Below, piece after piece: positions 9,357 through 17,618 of a stretch of DNA of 58,379 nt (positions are counted from its first letter, which is position 1; the number at the start of each line of letters is the position of its first letter). The position numbers were made by a program, and so were the translations under genes. Where the stretch lies: IMG/VR virus record IMGVR_UViG_3300027965_000006, positions 1 to 58,379 of that record, one strand, 5' to 3'. Below the pieces are notes generated by a model. The model did no database searches and had not been told where the DNA came from. It was given only the letters and a program-made list of their open reading frames with translations. Source of the DNA: a virus. Its lineage: Duplodnaviria; Caudoviricetes.

Positions 9357-9568
9357 CAGATGTCGCCCGCCCGCAGCGCCCGACCGACGCGCTCAATCTC
9401 GTCCTCGCCGAGCCAATGGCTACGTTGCGGCTGCGCGATACGGATACGGCCGTCATCGGTCACCTCGACCTCACGGCAGTTGTAGATCGTCTTGATTCCG
9501 TCGATCAGCGCCTCGCGGTCGTTTTCGATCGCGGCGTTGATCCAACCCTGAGCCGTCATCGTCGTCAT
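9356..9568 (-). CDS. Hypothetical protein
   Basis: ATG 9568 with GGGAG SD; stop overlaps the next start. Confidence 0.65.
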   Translation of the reverse strand: MTTMTAQGWINAAIENDREALIDGIKTIYNCREVEVTDDGRIRIAQPQRSHWLGEDEIERVGRALRAGDI

Positions 9569-9608
9569 CTGTCTCTCCCGTCCGGGCGACCATCGCCCAT
9601 GGACAGCA

Positions 9609-9643
9609 GGATATGTCATGGTGATGGATATGTCAACATGACA
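9609..9643. promoter_or_regulatory. Candidate promoter/operator
   Basis: GGATATGTCA direct repeat (9609, 9626), TGTCA-N3-TGACA inverted repeat (9631-9643), minus-strand TTGACA. Confidence 0.5.
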
Positions 9644-9684
9644 CGTGATCACGTTATGTTACAACGGCAGGCCAAGGCAGGGGC

Positions 9685-9873
9685 ATGAGCGAGCCGATCG
9701 TACTGCGCTGCTCGCGCGATCTCGCGCTGCGCCTCGGGGCGGTCGCGCCGGACGATGCCGCGCACTTCCGCGCGCTCGCGGCCGCGGCGGGCGGCATGCT
9801 GATTCGCGACGTCGCGACCGGCTGGCCACTGTTCTGGCCGCCAGCGCGGGCCGAGGCTGTCAGTTCGCGGTAA
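9685..9873 (+). CDS. Hypothetical protein
   Basis: 62-aa ORF with AGGGG SD filling the gap. Confidence 0.4.
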   Translation: MSEPIVLRCSRDLALRLGAVAPDDAAHFRALAAAAGGMLIRDVATGWPLFWPPARAEAVSSR

Positions 9874-10450
9874 TCTTTGCCGTCGCGTGGCGCGCCTTCT
9901 CCCCCGCGTAGCCGATCGCCCGCAGCGCCAGACCGATGATCGCCCGCTCGGTCTTTGGACCGGCCGCCCCCTGCAGAACCGAGGCCGTCAGCGCGCCCCA
10001 GACCGCGATTGCGACCAGCCCGGCGTCGCACGGCGGAATCTCCCGCCGGCGCACCGCTGCCTCGATTGCGTCCTGCAGCTCGCGGGTCACGCAAACCCAG
10101 TAGCCGGGCTCGCCGGCGAGCGAGCGCGTCAGGGGCAGGGAAAGCCGCGCCCGGGCGAGATACGCGCCCAGCGCCGCCGCCAGCCCCGCGGCGCTATCCT
10201 TGGGATGGCATGCCCGGATCGCGCCGAGATCCCGCTCGAGCCGCTGCGCCACCACGGCGGCGACGAGCTCGCCCAGGTTCGGAAAATGCAGGTAAAGCGT
10301 TCCGACCGCGATTCCGGCACCCGCGGCGACGTCATCCACGTTGATGGCGGACAGCCCGTCGCGCGCCGCTAGGTCGGCAGCTGCGGCCAGAATCTCCGCC
10401 CGCCGGCCGGCCAGACGCGCGAGCACCCGCTCGGTTCTTCGATAGGCCAT
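9860..10450 (-). CDS. TetR/AcrR-family transcriptional regulator
   Basis: ILAAAADLAARDGLSAINVDDVAAGAGIAVGTLYLHFPN. Confidence 0.9.
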   Translation of the reverse strand: MAYRRTERVLARLAGRRAEILAAAADLAARDGLSAINVDDVAAGAGIAVGTLYLHFPNLGELVAAVVAQRLERDLGAIRACHPKDSAAGLAAALGAYLARARLSLPLTRSLAGEPGYWVCVTRELQDAIEAAVRRREIPPCDAGLVAIAVWGALTASVLQGAAGPKTERAIIGLALRAIGYAGEKARHATAKITAN

Positions 10451-10453
10451 GGA

Positions 10454-10669
10454 TCAGGTCTCCTCGTCGTCAGGTAAGCCGAATTTCTGGAACATCCACA
10501 AGAGGCGCGCGAGCGTGCCGGTTACCGGCGAGGTTCCCGCGGACAATCGCGCGGCGTGGCGCGGCGTGACGCCGAGCATGTGCGCGGTGCGCTTGTCCAC
10601 ACCCGGACGAAGCCCCAGCTTTTCGATCGTCGCAAGGTAGCGCTTTCGGGTGTACTGTGTCCGCGTCAT
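10454..10669 (-). CDS. Small HTH protein, paralogue of 9168-9356
   Basis: YLATIEKLGLRPGVDKRTAHMLGVTPRHAARLSAG. Confidence 0.75.
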   Translation of the reverse strand: MTRTQYTRKRYLATIEKLGLRPGVDKRTAHMLGVTPRHAARLSAGTSPVTGTLARLLWMFQKFGLPDDEET

Positions 10670-10721
10670 GGTGCGTTCCCTGGGTTGCCCTCGCTGGGCC
10701 CTGGTCGAGCCGCGATGATAA

Positions 10722-10762
10722 GGCCCGGGCGGGCGCCAACCCGCCCGGGCCGCTTTTCGTTT
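10722..10762. terminator. Rho-independent terminator-like hairpin
   Basis: Perfect 12-bp stem GGCCCGGGCGGG/CCCGCCCGGGCC with 6-nt loop, then GCTTTTCGTTT on the + strand. Confidence 0.7.
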
Positions 10763-10998
10763 CACAAACTCAACCGATCATTGGCCGCCTGATCCTCGTA
10801 TCGGATCGTATTGTTGCAGTCCCACATCGGGCCACAGAATCGGGAAAGAACGGGCTGACCTTGCAGTTCCGCGCGATGGCGCGGGTTGTCGTTCAGCTTG
10901 ATCACGTCGACGCCGGCCGCGGCGGCCCAAGCGAATATGTCGGTTGGCTGCGTTACGATCATATGCCCGTCAACGATCTGCACGATTTTGTATCGCAT
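10762..10998 (-). CDS. Hypothetical protein
   Basis: 78-aa ORF with GAGG SD. Confidence 0.65.
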   Translation of the reverse strand: MRYKIVQIVDGHMIVTQPTDIFAWAAAAGVDVIKLNDNPRHRAELQGQPVLSRFCGPMWDCNNTIRYEDQAANDRLSL

Positions 10999-11002
10999 GG
11001 TT

Positions 11003-11191
11003 TCATCCTCGCTGTTTGATCAGGTCTTCCAAGTCGATCTGCGCCGGGCTATCGCCAAACAGCCCGACGTCGCACGGTTGCTGCGGCCGAACGGGTCGCA
11101 GGGGTTGCTTGGCGCGCTCGTGCGCGATGCCGTCTCGGCGCGGCGGATTGCCGGCAAGATCAAGCTGGCGCGGGTCATCGGTCAGGATCAT
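11003..11191 (-). CDS. Hypothetical protein
   Basis: 62-aa ORF, ATGA-coupled to the upstream gene. Confidence 0.6.
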   Translation of the reverse strand: MILTDDPRQLDLAGNPPRRDGIAHERAKQPLRPVRPQQPCDVGLFGDSPAQIDLEDLIKQRG

Positions 11192-11364
11192 TGATCCATC
11201 CCCAGAATACGGCGGCGCTCGCTATCCAACTCGGCGATGCGACGCTTGATCTTGATTTTCTCGGCGAGTGTAAGACTGGAAGTCTGCAGCAATAACTGCA
11301 GATCTCCGATCTTGCGAAAAATCTCGCCCGATTGGTCGAATTGCTCTTTGGTGATGACGCGCAT
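11188..11364 (-). CDS. Hypothetical protein
   Basis: MRVITKEQFDQSGEIF... with GGAGG SD. Confidence 0.6.
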   Translation of the reverse strand: MRVITKEQFDQSGEIFRKIGDLQLLLQTSSLTLAEKIKIKRRIAELDSERRRILGMDQ

Positions 11365-11374
11365 GTGGCCCTCC

Positions 11375-11644
11375 CTAAAACGTATCCAACAGATCGACCG
11401 GGATGCGCCGGTCCGGGAACACCGCGTCGCAGTAATCGAACAACGCCTGCGACATCTCGAATTTGCAGCGATGCACGATCTCGGCGAACGGCCCGCTCGT
11501 GCGATTCGCCAGCATGGCGCGAGTCGACCTATAGACGCGTACCGTCGACCCGCCACGCTCGCGCCGCACCTTGGCGGCGGTGCGGAAATCGTCATCGAAG
11601 GGAGTGAACATGCTCAGTCCCTCCAGCAAGGCGTTCATTGTCAT
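11375..11644 (-). CDS. Hypothetical protein
   Basis: 89-aa ORF, ATGA-coupled. Confidence 0.55.
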   Translation of the reverse strand: MTMNALLEGLSMFTPFDDDFRTAAKVRRERGGSTVRVYRSTRAMLANRTSGPFAEIVHRCKFEMSQALFDYCDAVFPDRRIPVDLLDTF

Positions 11645-11865
11645 CCCTCCACGCGGTTGTCGAAGATGATGCGGTCGCGGTTCCAGATGCGGCCGTTGTA
11701 CGAAAAGCGTCCGATAATCTGATTAGATCCGCCGACGCGCACGGCCGGAGTAGGGAAGGTGCGCATGCCCTCGCCGCTCGCATCACGGATGCGGCTGTAG
11801 GCGCGCGAAAGGTCCGCAAGCGTCGCCGCCTCGACCATCTGGCCTCGAAGGTTAAAGAACCACAT
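11641..11865 (-). CDS. Hypothetical protein
   Basis: 74-aa ORF with GAGG SD; IGRFSYNGRIW. Confidence 0.65.
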   Translation of the reverse strand: MWFFNLRGQMVEAATLADLSRAYSRIRDASGEGMRTFPTPAVRVGGSNQIIGRFSYNGRIWNRDRIIFDNRVEG

Positions 11866-12182
11866 TTTGGTTTCCTCGCTGTTGTTCCCGGCGCCAACCA
11901 GGAATGACGAGACAATAGCACGCCTGATGACAAAATGTCAGCGGACATTTCCGCACAATAGCGGAAAGAATGGCCACGTTCTCATTTCTTCGATGGTCGA
12001 CGCGGCCGCGAGTGAAATCGCCAACGCGCAACAAAACGCCGAAAGGTCCGAATCGGACCTAACTCGCCCAACGAAATCAACAACAACGTACCATCTTGAC
12101 AAGCGCTGCCGACTTGGCGTCGTCTCGCGCGCGGCACAGTCGCCCCGTTGAAACGAATGCAATCTCAGTACATCATGCTGCC

Positions 12183-12677
12183 ATGGAAAGGCCAACCCGC
12201 GAAACCCTGATCGCCGACGCTCGCCAAGCCAAGGCGGCCGCTCTTGAGCAGCGCGACGTCAAGGCCATCGACGCCGCAAGCGATCTCCTCCGCCAGCTCG
12301 GCGACGACCGCTTTACCGAGCAAGAGCGGCAAGAGATCAGCCTGATCGCCGAGCTCGACGCCATCGGCACTGCGCTCTATCGCCATTTCGACCATGACGG
12401 ACGATTGCTCTATGTCGGCATCTCGTTGAGCGCCGTCACGCGCACCGCACAACACCGCAGTCGCGCCCCCTGGTTCAGCCAGATCACGCGAATCGAGATC
12501 GAGTGGCACAAGTCCCGCTCAGCCGCAGCACTTGCCGAAAAGCGCGCAATCAAGGCCGAGCGCCCGCTCTACAACATCGTCCACAACGAGGCCGACAATG
12601 GCGACCCTGACAAACCCCAAACACGAACGGTTCGCGCAGGAACTCGCAAACGGCGTAAGTGCAAGTCAGGCCTATGA
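12183..12677 (+). CDS. GIY-YIG nuclease-family protein
   Basis: ALYRHFD..GRLLYVGIS...R..QH...AE..AI...RPLYN. Confidence 0.85.
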   Translation: MERPTRETLIADARQAKAAALEQRDVKAIDAASDLLRQLGDDRFTEQERQEISLIAELDAIGTALYRHFDHDGRLLYVGISLSAVTRTAQHRSRAPWFSQITRIEIEWHKSRSAAALAEKRAIKAERPLYNIVHNEADNGDPDKPQTRTVRAGTRKRRKCKSGL

Positions 12678-13128
12678 AAAAGCCGGCTTCAGGCCCAATC
12701 GGCCAAACGCTTCGCGCCTACGACACTCCGAACACATAAAGCAACGCGTCGCCGAATTGCTCGCGGCAAGGCAGCGGCAAGCCGAGAAAGCGTCCGAAAA
12801 AGCCCTGCGCGAGCTCGCAATCGATCGCCGATGGGTGCTAGAGCGCCTCGTCACGAACGCCACGACCGCGCTGGAGAACGGCGACGGCAGCGTTGCAAAC
12901 CGCGCGCTTGAGCTGATCGGGATTGAGCATGGCATGTTTATCAAGCGCAGTGAGACCGGCGGCCCCGGCGATTTCGCCGCGATCCAGAGCGCGCAAGACC
13001 TGATTGCTCAAGTCCGTCAACAGCTTGGCGACAAGTTTGCTGACTTCCTCGCCAGCGAGCTCGGTGCCGACGACGTGCCGCCGATCGACTTGGCAACGGT
13101 TGAGACCGCCAATCGAGACGCGACATAA
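12598..13128 (+). CDS. terS: Terminase small subunit
   Basis: MATLTNPKHERFAQELANGVSASQAYEKAGF...NASRL...ANRALELIGIEHGMF. Confidence 0.88.
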   Translation: MATLTNPKHERFAQELANGVSASQAYEKAGFRPNRPNASRLRHSEHIKQRVAELLAARQRQAEKASEKALRELAIDRRWVLERLVTNATTALENGDGSVANRALELIGIEHGMFIKRSETGGPGDFAAIQSAQDLIAQVRQQLGDKFADFLASELGADDVPPIDLATVETANRDAT

Positions 13129-13155
13129 CAAGGCGTTACACCTAAGTCATTGATA
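13126..13155. promoter_or_regulatory. IHF-consensus sites just after terS (candidate packaging-site region)
   Basis: Minus strand 13155-13143 reads TATCAATGACTTA, matching WATCAANNNNTTR; near match TAACAAGGCGTTA at 13126-13138. Confidence 0.5.
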
Positions 13156-13559
13156 TTGCTTGGTCTAGTTGTTCAATCAGGCAGCGTGACCGCCGCGCAA
13201 CCGGATCGACTTGGCGCGCGCCGCGGCCGGCCGGCGGAGGAAAAAGGGGGTCCGGTGCATACGGCGGCAGGGCTCGGCTGGATTGCGCTGGCCAAAACGC
13301 GGTCCCTCCGCTCCCCAAAACATAGGAGGTTCCGATGCGCGGGGTTCGGTACGATACGGCGGGCATTGAAGAAGGGGACCCGTCTCTGTGGTAGGATGCG
13401 GTGCTTCGGGGCCCGCCTGAACGGGCGTCGGCGGTATACGGGGGCAAACCCGGGAGTGGTCACCCGGTCCGGCGCGCGAGCGCCCATCCAATCCGCGAGG
13501 CGGTGCAAGACCTCACCGCGCGGTTTTCCGGGGACCCGTTCTGATGCAGGGAGGTTCCG

Positions 13560-13892
13560 ATGAACAGACGCTCGTTGCTTAAGGTCCTGGCGGGGTTGCC
13601 GCTGGTCGGGGCGCTGTTTCGGATCGAGGGGGTCTCGGCGTCGCCTGTGCCGGCTCGGCGCGTCTATGCGGCTGCTGGTGCGACGGTGACGTGTGCGAAC
13701 GGGCACCCGATCTGCGATTTTGCGGAGACGGTGTATTTCGGGGACTTTCAGGACCTGCCGCGGCAACTGGGAAACTGGCGGCAGGCTGAGCCGGTGGTTG
13801 GACAGTGCCCGATACCGGGGTGCGCGCGGTGCGGCGCGGCGTTTACGGATGGGACCCGGTGGCACTTTGCCGATGGGTGGCGCCGATCATAG
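13560..13892 (+). CDS. Cys-rich protein with twin-arginine-like leader
   Basis: GGAGG SD; MNRRSLLKVLAGLPLVGALF; CANGHPIC and CARC. Confidence 0.7.
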   Translation: MNRRSLLKVLAGLPLVGALFRIEGVSASPVPARRVYAAAGATVTCANGHPICDFAETVYFGDFQDLPRQLGNWRQAEPVVGQCPIPGCARCGAAFTDGTRWHFADGWRRS

Positions 13893-14171
13893 GCCTCGAT
13901 AACCGTACATCGCGCGCCGCATCTCAGCGTCCATTTTTGCCGAGATTTCACGCCGCAATTGGTCGGCAATGGCTGGATGGACGATCAGCGTTCCGTCGAC
14001 GTGCTGTAGCGCAATCGGCTTGTGGCGGATGATGATGTTCTGGCGATGCCCCTGCTGGCGGCGCCGCTCGGCTCGCGAGGGCGAGCGCACGCGTGACCAA
14101 TCCTCGATCGGCTCGTAGGCTTCGGCGCTCTCGATTATGCGCACACCGGCGAACGTGCTCATGGTCGTCAC
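13887..14171 (-). CDS. Hypothetical protein
   Basis: 94-aa ORF; DWSRVRSPSRAERRR; GTGA-coupled. Confidence 0.65.
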   Translation of the reverse strand: MTTMSTFAGVRIIESAEAYEPIEDWSRVRSPSRAERRRQQGHRQNIIIRHKPIALQHVDGTLIVHPAIADQLRREISAKMDAEMRRAMYGYRGL

Positions 14172-14485
14172 CTCACCGGATCCCCGGTGTCGTGGTGGAA
14201 GGATGAGCCGGAGGTCGCAGCAGGCGCGCTCGGGCTAGGAGGAGGGGCAGGCTGAAAGGTGGGGCCGTCGAGCGGGGGGCCTCCGTTGCCCATGGCCTGC
14301 TGCATGGCGACGAGCTGGTCGTCGTAGGCTTTGATCTGGTCGAAATGGGACCCGGCGCCGGCGAGGTGCTGCTCGAAGGCGTCGAGGATTTTGGCGCCGC
14401 GGTCCGATTCGGAGGCGGCTTTGGCGGTCAGGGTGTTGGCGCGCTGGATGTTCTGGGCGAGGCGCTGGATGTCGATGGTTGGCAT
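14168..14485 (-). CDS. Hypothetical protein
   Basis: ATG 14485 with GGAG SD; helical with a Pro-rich tail. Confidence 0.65.
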   Translation of the reverse strand: MPTIDIQRLAQNIQRANTLTAKAASESDRGAKILDAFEQHLAGAGSHFDQIKAYDDQLVAMQQAMGNGGPPLDGPTFQPAPPPSPSAPAATSGSSFHHDTGDPVR

Positions 14486-14605
14486 GGGCTTCTCCATGGC
14501 GGCCGCGACGGCGGCGAGGTACGGGCGCATGCGGTATCGCGCGAGGTCGGCGATGAGTTTCGGGTCGAAGTAGTACCGCATCGGGACCCGGGTTGGAACA
14601 TGGGT

Positions 14606-15652
14606 TCAGCTCTTCGCGAGCGCCCATTCGCCGATCGGCTCGCCGCGGGCGATGTCGCGCGGGCATGTCCGGCCGATCAGGTCGGGCAGCCTGCTCGGCG
14701 GCAGGCCGTGGCCGGGCCGGATCGAGCGGATGTTGGTCTCCGTGAAGGGGGACCCGGCCGCGATGTCGGCAACCGCGAATACGGACCGCCGCAGCGGGCG
14801 GTGCATGTCCTGGCTCGGCGCCGGCGATGGCTGGCAGGCCGCCCAGGCGTTGCGGACCGCGGCGGCCATGGCGGCGAATTCCTTCGGCTCGAGGCTGAAC
14901 GTGGCGTCAGGCGTGGTGCTGGACAGGGTGAAGTGCTTCTCGACGATGGCCGCGCCGAGGACGGTTGCGGCGACGGGGATCTCGATGCCGGTGGTGTGGT
15001 CGGACAGGCCGGTCTCGGCGGCAACGCCGAAGGCCTGCCGCGCCCACAGCGGACCCCGCAGCCACGCCATGCGGCGCAGATTGGCCTCCCCGGCCGGGAC
15101 GGGATAGCCCGATACGCAGTGCAGGAGCGCAGCACCGTCGGCACCGTGCGTCGCATGAAGGGCGCTCCGGATTTCCTTGTCGCTCGCCATCCCGGTGGAG
15201 AGGATCATCGGCTTGCCGAGCCGCGCGGCGTAGCGGATGAGCGGGGCGTCGACGAGCTCGAACGACGCGATCTTGATTGCGGGGGCCTCGAGGCGCTCCA
15301 TGAGGTCGACGGACGATTTGTCGAACACCGAGGCGAACCAAGTTATCCCCAGTTTTTTTGCATGCTCGGCAATTCGGGGAAACCACGCGAACGGCGTCTG
15401 CGCGCGCCGGTAGAGGTCGTAGAGCCGCTGTCCCTTCCATGGCCCGTCGGCGATAACGAACTCCGGCCGGTCGCAGTTGAGCGTGATGGTGTCGGCCTCG
15501 TAGCACTGGAATTTTACACAATCCGCGCCAGCTGCCTTCGCCGCATCCATCGTGCGCAGCGCGAGGTCGAGGTCGCCGCCGTGGTTCGCGCCGATTTCGC
15601 AAATCAGGTATGGCGGCTGGTCAGCGCCGATTGATCTTCCGTCGATATTCAT
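14606..15652 (-). CDS. pseI: Pseudaminic acid synthase-like (NeuB family with C-terminal SAF domain)
   Basis: Motifs EIGANHGGD, GADCVKFQCY, KIASFEL, ILSTGMA, LLHCVSGYP, GLSDHT, EKHFTL, RRSVFAVADI...IRPGHGL. Confidence 0.93.
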   Translation of the reverse strand: MNIDGRSIGADQPPYLICEIGANHGGDLDLALRTMDAAKAAGADCVKFQCYEADTITLNCDRPEFVIADGPWKGQRLYDLYRRAQTPFAWFPRIAEHAKKLGITWFASVFDKSSVDLMERLEAPAIKIASFELVDAPLIRYAARLGKPMILSTGMASDKEIRSALHATHGADGAALLHCVSGYPVPAGEANLRRMAWLRGPLWARQAFGVAAETGLSDHTTGIEIPVAATVLGAAIVEKHFTLSSTTPDATFSLEPKEFAAMAAAVRNAWAACQPSPAPSQDMHRPLRRSVFAVADIAAGSPFTETNIRSIRPGHGLPPSRLPDLIGRTCPRDIARGEPIGEWALAKS

Positions 15653-15893
15653 CGGTCCACATCTCGTGTTCGTATCGAGCGATTGGCTGACCCTCGTACA
15701 TACCAGCCGTCCAATCCCAATCCTTCATGAACTCGATCACGTCGGCGCGCCGCCATCCTTTGATCTGAAGCAGGGCTTGCGCGAGTTCTTCCGGAATCGG
15801 AAGTTCCTGCGCGAGCCAGTTGATGATGACGCATTCGATGACCGACGCTGGATTGAGCGGCGTCTGATACCAGATCGGGAAGATGTCGCGCAC
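15621..15893 (-). CDS. Hypothetical protein
   Basis: 90-aa ORF, co-oriented within the cluster. Confidence 0.55.
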   Translation of the reverse strand: MRDIFPIWYQTPLNPASVIECVIINWLAQELPIPEELAQALLQIKGWRRADVIEFMKDWDWTAGMYEGQPIARYEHEMWTDEYRRKINRR

Positions 15894-16039
15894 AGGATCA
15901 TTCCGTCTTCACACCGAGCGCCTTCGCACTCATGGTGACGATCCGCTGAAACGAAAGCGCCGTCATCGGCTGGTGATACATCATGACCGGCCATGCGACG
16001 GACGAGAGGAAGCGGGCGCGCCAGCGTTTCATTTACATG

Positions 16040-16486
16040 TCACCTTAGACTGTCGAATTTGGCGACGCGCTCGATGTCGACCGTTTCTGCCTTGATCAGC
16101 CCCTCGCAGACCATCCGCTCAATAATTCGCCGGTCGTAATGCGTCCCGTAACAAGTCGCCTGATCCCCAAGACTTGGAGAGTAGGTGCGATGATCGCCAT
16201 GAATCGATGTGTATTGTCGGCCGATGCGCAGGTCACTTAGGAACTTCGATGCTTGCTTCTGGTACTCGTGTTCCGTCAGCGGGTTTTCCCCAAACCTCCC
16301 GCCATTCTTGCCGAAAATCGCGACAAATGGTTGCCCCTGACGCTCCCGGTGTTCGATTCCTATTCCACCGCCGGCTGGCGTTGCGACTGAGACTGGCCAG
16401 TCTGGTGGAAATGCCGATAACATTTCCATGAAATCGGCGACGGTTTCTGGACCGTCCCACATGCTCTCGTATTTTTTATTGGTCAT
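16040..16486 (-). CDS. Hypothetical protein (lower-GC insert)
   Basis: 148-aa ORF with GAGG SD, overlapping the pseC stop. Confidence 0.65.
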   Translation of the reverse strand: MTNKKYESMWDGPETVADFMEMLSAFPPDWPVSVATPAGGGIGIEHRERQGQPFVAIFGKNGGRFGENPLTEHEYQKQASKFLSDLRIGRQYTSIHGDHRTYSPSLGDQATCYGTHYDRRIIERMVCEGLIKAETVDIERVAKFDSLR

Positions 16487-17609
16487 TTGCTAGCCTCATA
16501 TACGCGGCGACTTTCTGGAACGCCGTGCCGATCTGCCTGATCTGCGCGAGCGTCGGGTCCCACGCGCAGTTTTCGAAATAGAACAGCCGATTGTCGTGCA
16601 GGTCCTCCGCGACGCGGCACGGCCGCGCGAACTTCGCGAACGCGGGCAGGCGATAGAGCGGGGCCACATAGCCCTCGACGAGCGGGACGCCCTCGGCCGC
16701 GAGCGCCTGCACGAATGCCGCGCGTCGCCGTGCGCCGCCGTCGATCAGGAACGGGATCGTGTAATAGACGTGCGTGCAGCCAGGCCGCACCACCGGCGGC
16801 CGCAGCCCCGCAATGTTGCCGATCGCGTCGATGATCGCCTCGGCCTTCTCGACGCGATCCTGCACGAGGCGCTTGCCCTTCTTCAACTGCGCGAGCGCGA
16901 TGGCGGCGGTAACTTCGGTCATGCGCAGATTGAGGCCGACGCGGTCGCCCGCCATCTCGCCGTGATTGATGAAGTGGCGCATCTTGAGCGCGAGATCGGC
17001 GTCATCGGTCGTGCAGACGCCTCCCTCGCCGCTGTTCCAATGTTTGTGGACATTCATGCTCCAGCAGCCGATATGCCCGATCGTGCCCGCGTAACGTCCG
17101 CGCTCTATCGCGAACGGGGACTGAGCATTGTCCTCAATGATTGGACGAGCAGGACTCATGAACCTGGACATCTCGTTCACCTGAGCTGGATGACCAAACA
17201 GATTCGTGACGATGGCGCACTTCACGGCGATGTTGATTCCGGAGCTTCCGAAGCTTTCATCTTCGCAATCGTCAAAATGCAGTTTCGCTCCCAGCAATGC
17301 CGGCGCGGCCGCGCTTGCGCTCATCGTGAGACAGGGGACGGAGACTGGATCGCCGTGTTCGACGCCGGCCGCAGCACATGCCGCCAACAGTCCACTCGTC
17401 GCCGAATTGCACGCGACGGCATTCTTGACCCCGAATTCCTTGCACCACGCCTCCTCAAGCGCGCGCACCCAATAGCCGCCGCGCTCCTGCCCGCCGATGA
17501 AACCGGACAGCGGCCAGCTCATCGCGGTGACGGCGGCCTCGCGCTCCTCCTTGCCGATCGAGCGGTAGGGAAGAATCGGCGTGGTGACGGCGGGGCGCGG
17601 GTCCGTCAT
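16476..17609 (-). CDS. pseC: DegT/DnrJ/EryC1/StrS sugar aminotransferase (PseC-like)
   Basis: Motifs ACNSATSGL, NLFGHPA, IEDNAQSP, PLP-lysine SMNVHKHWNSGEGG, GLNLRMTE. Confidence 0.88.
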   Translation of the reverse strand: MTDPRPAVTTPILPYRSIGKEEREAAVTAMSWPLSGFIGGQERGGYWVRALEEAWCKEFGVKNAVACNSATSGLLAACAAAGVEHGDPVSVPCLTMSASAAAPALLGAKLHFDDCEDESFGSSGINIAVKCAIVTNLFGHPAQVNEMSRFMSPARPIIEDNAQSPFAIERGRYAGTIGHIGCWSMNVHKHWNSGEGGVCTTDDADLALKMRHFINHGEMAGDRVGLNLRMTEVTAAIALAQLKKGKRLVQDRVEKAEAIIDAIGNIAGLRPPVVRPGCTHVYYTIPFLIDGGARRRAAFVQALAAEGVPLVEGYVAPLYRLPAFAKFARPCRVAEDLHDNRLFYFENCAWDPTLAQIRQIGTAFQKVAAYMRLANDQ

Positions 17610-17618
17610 TTGGGCTAT

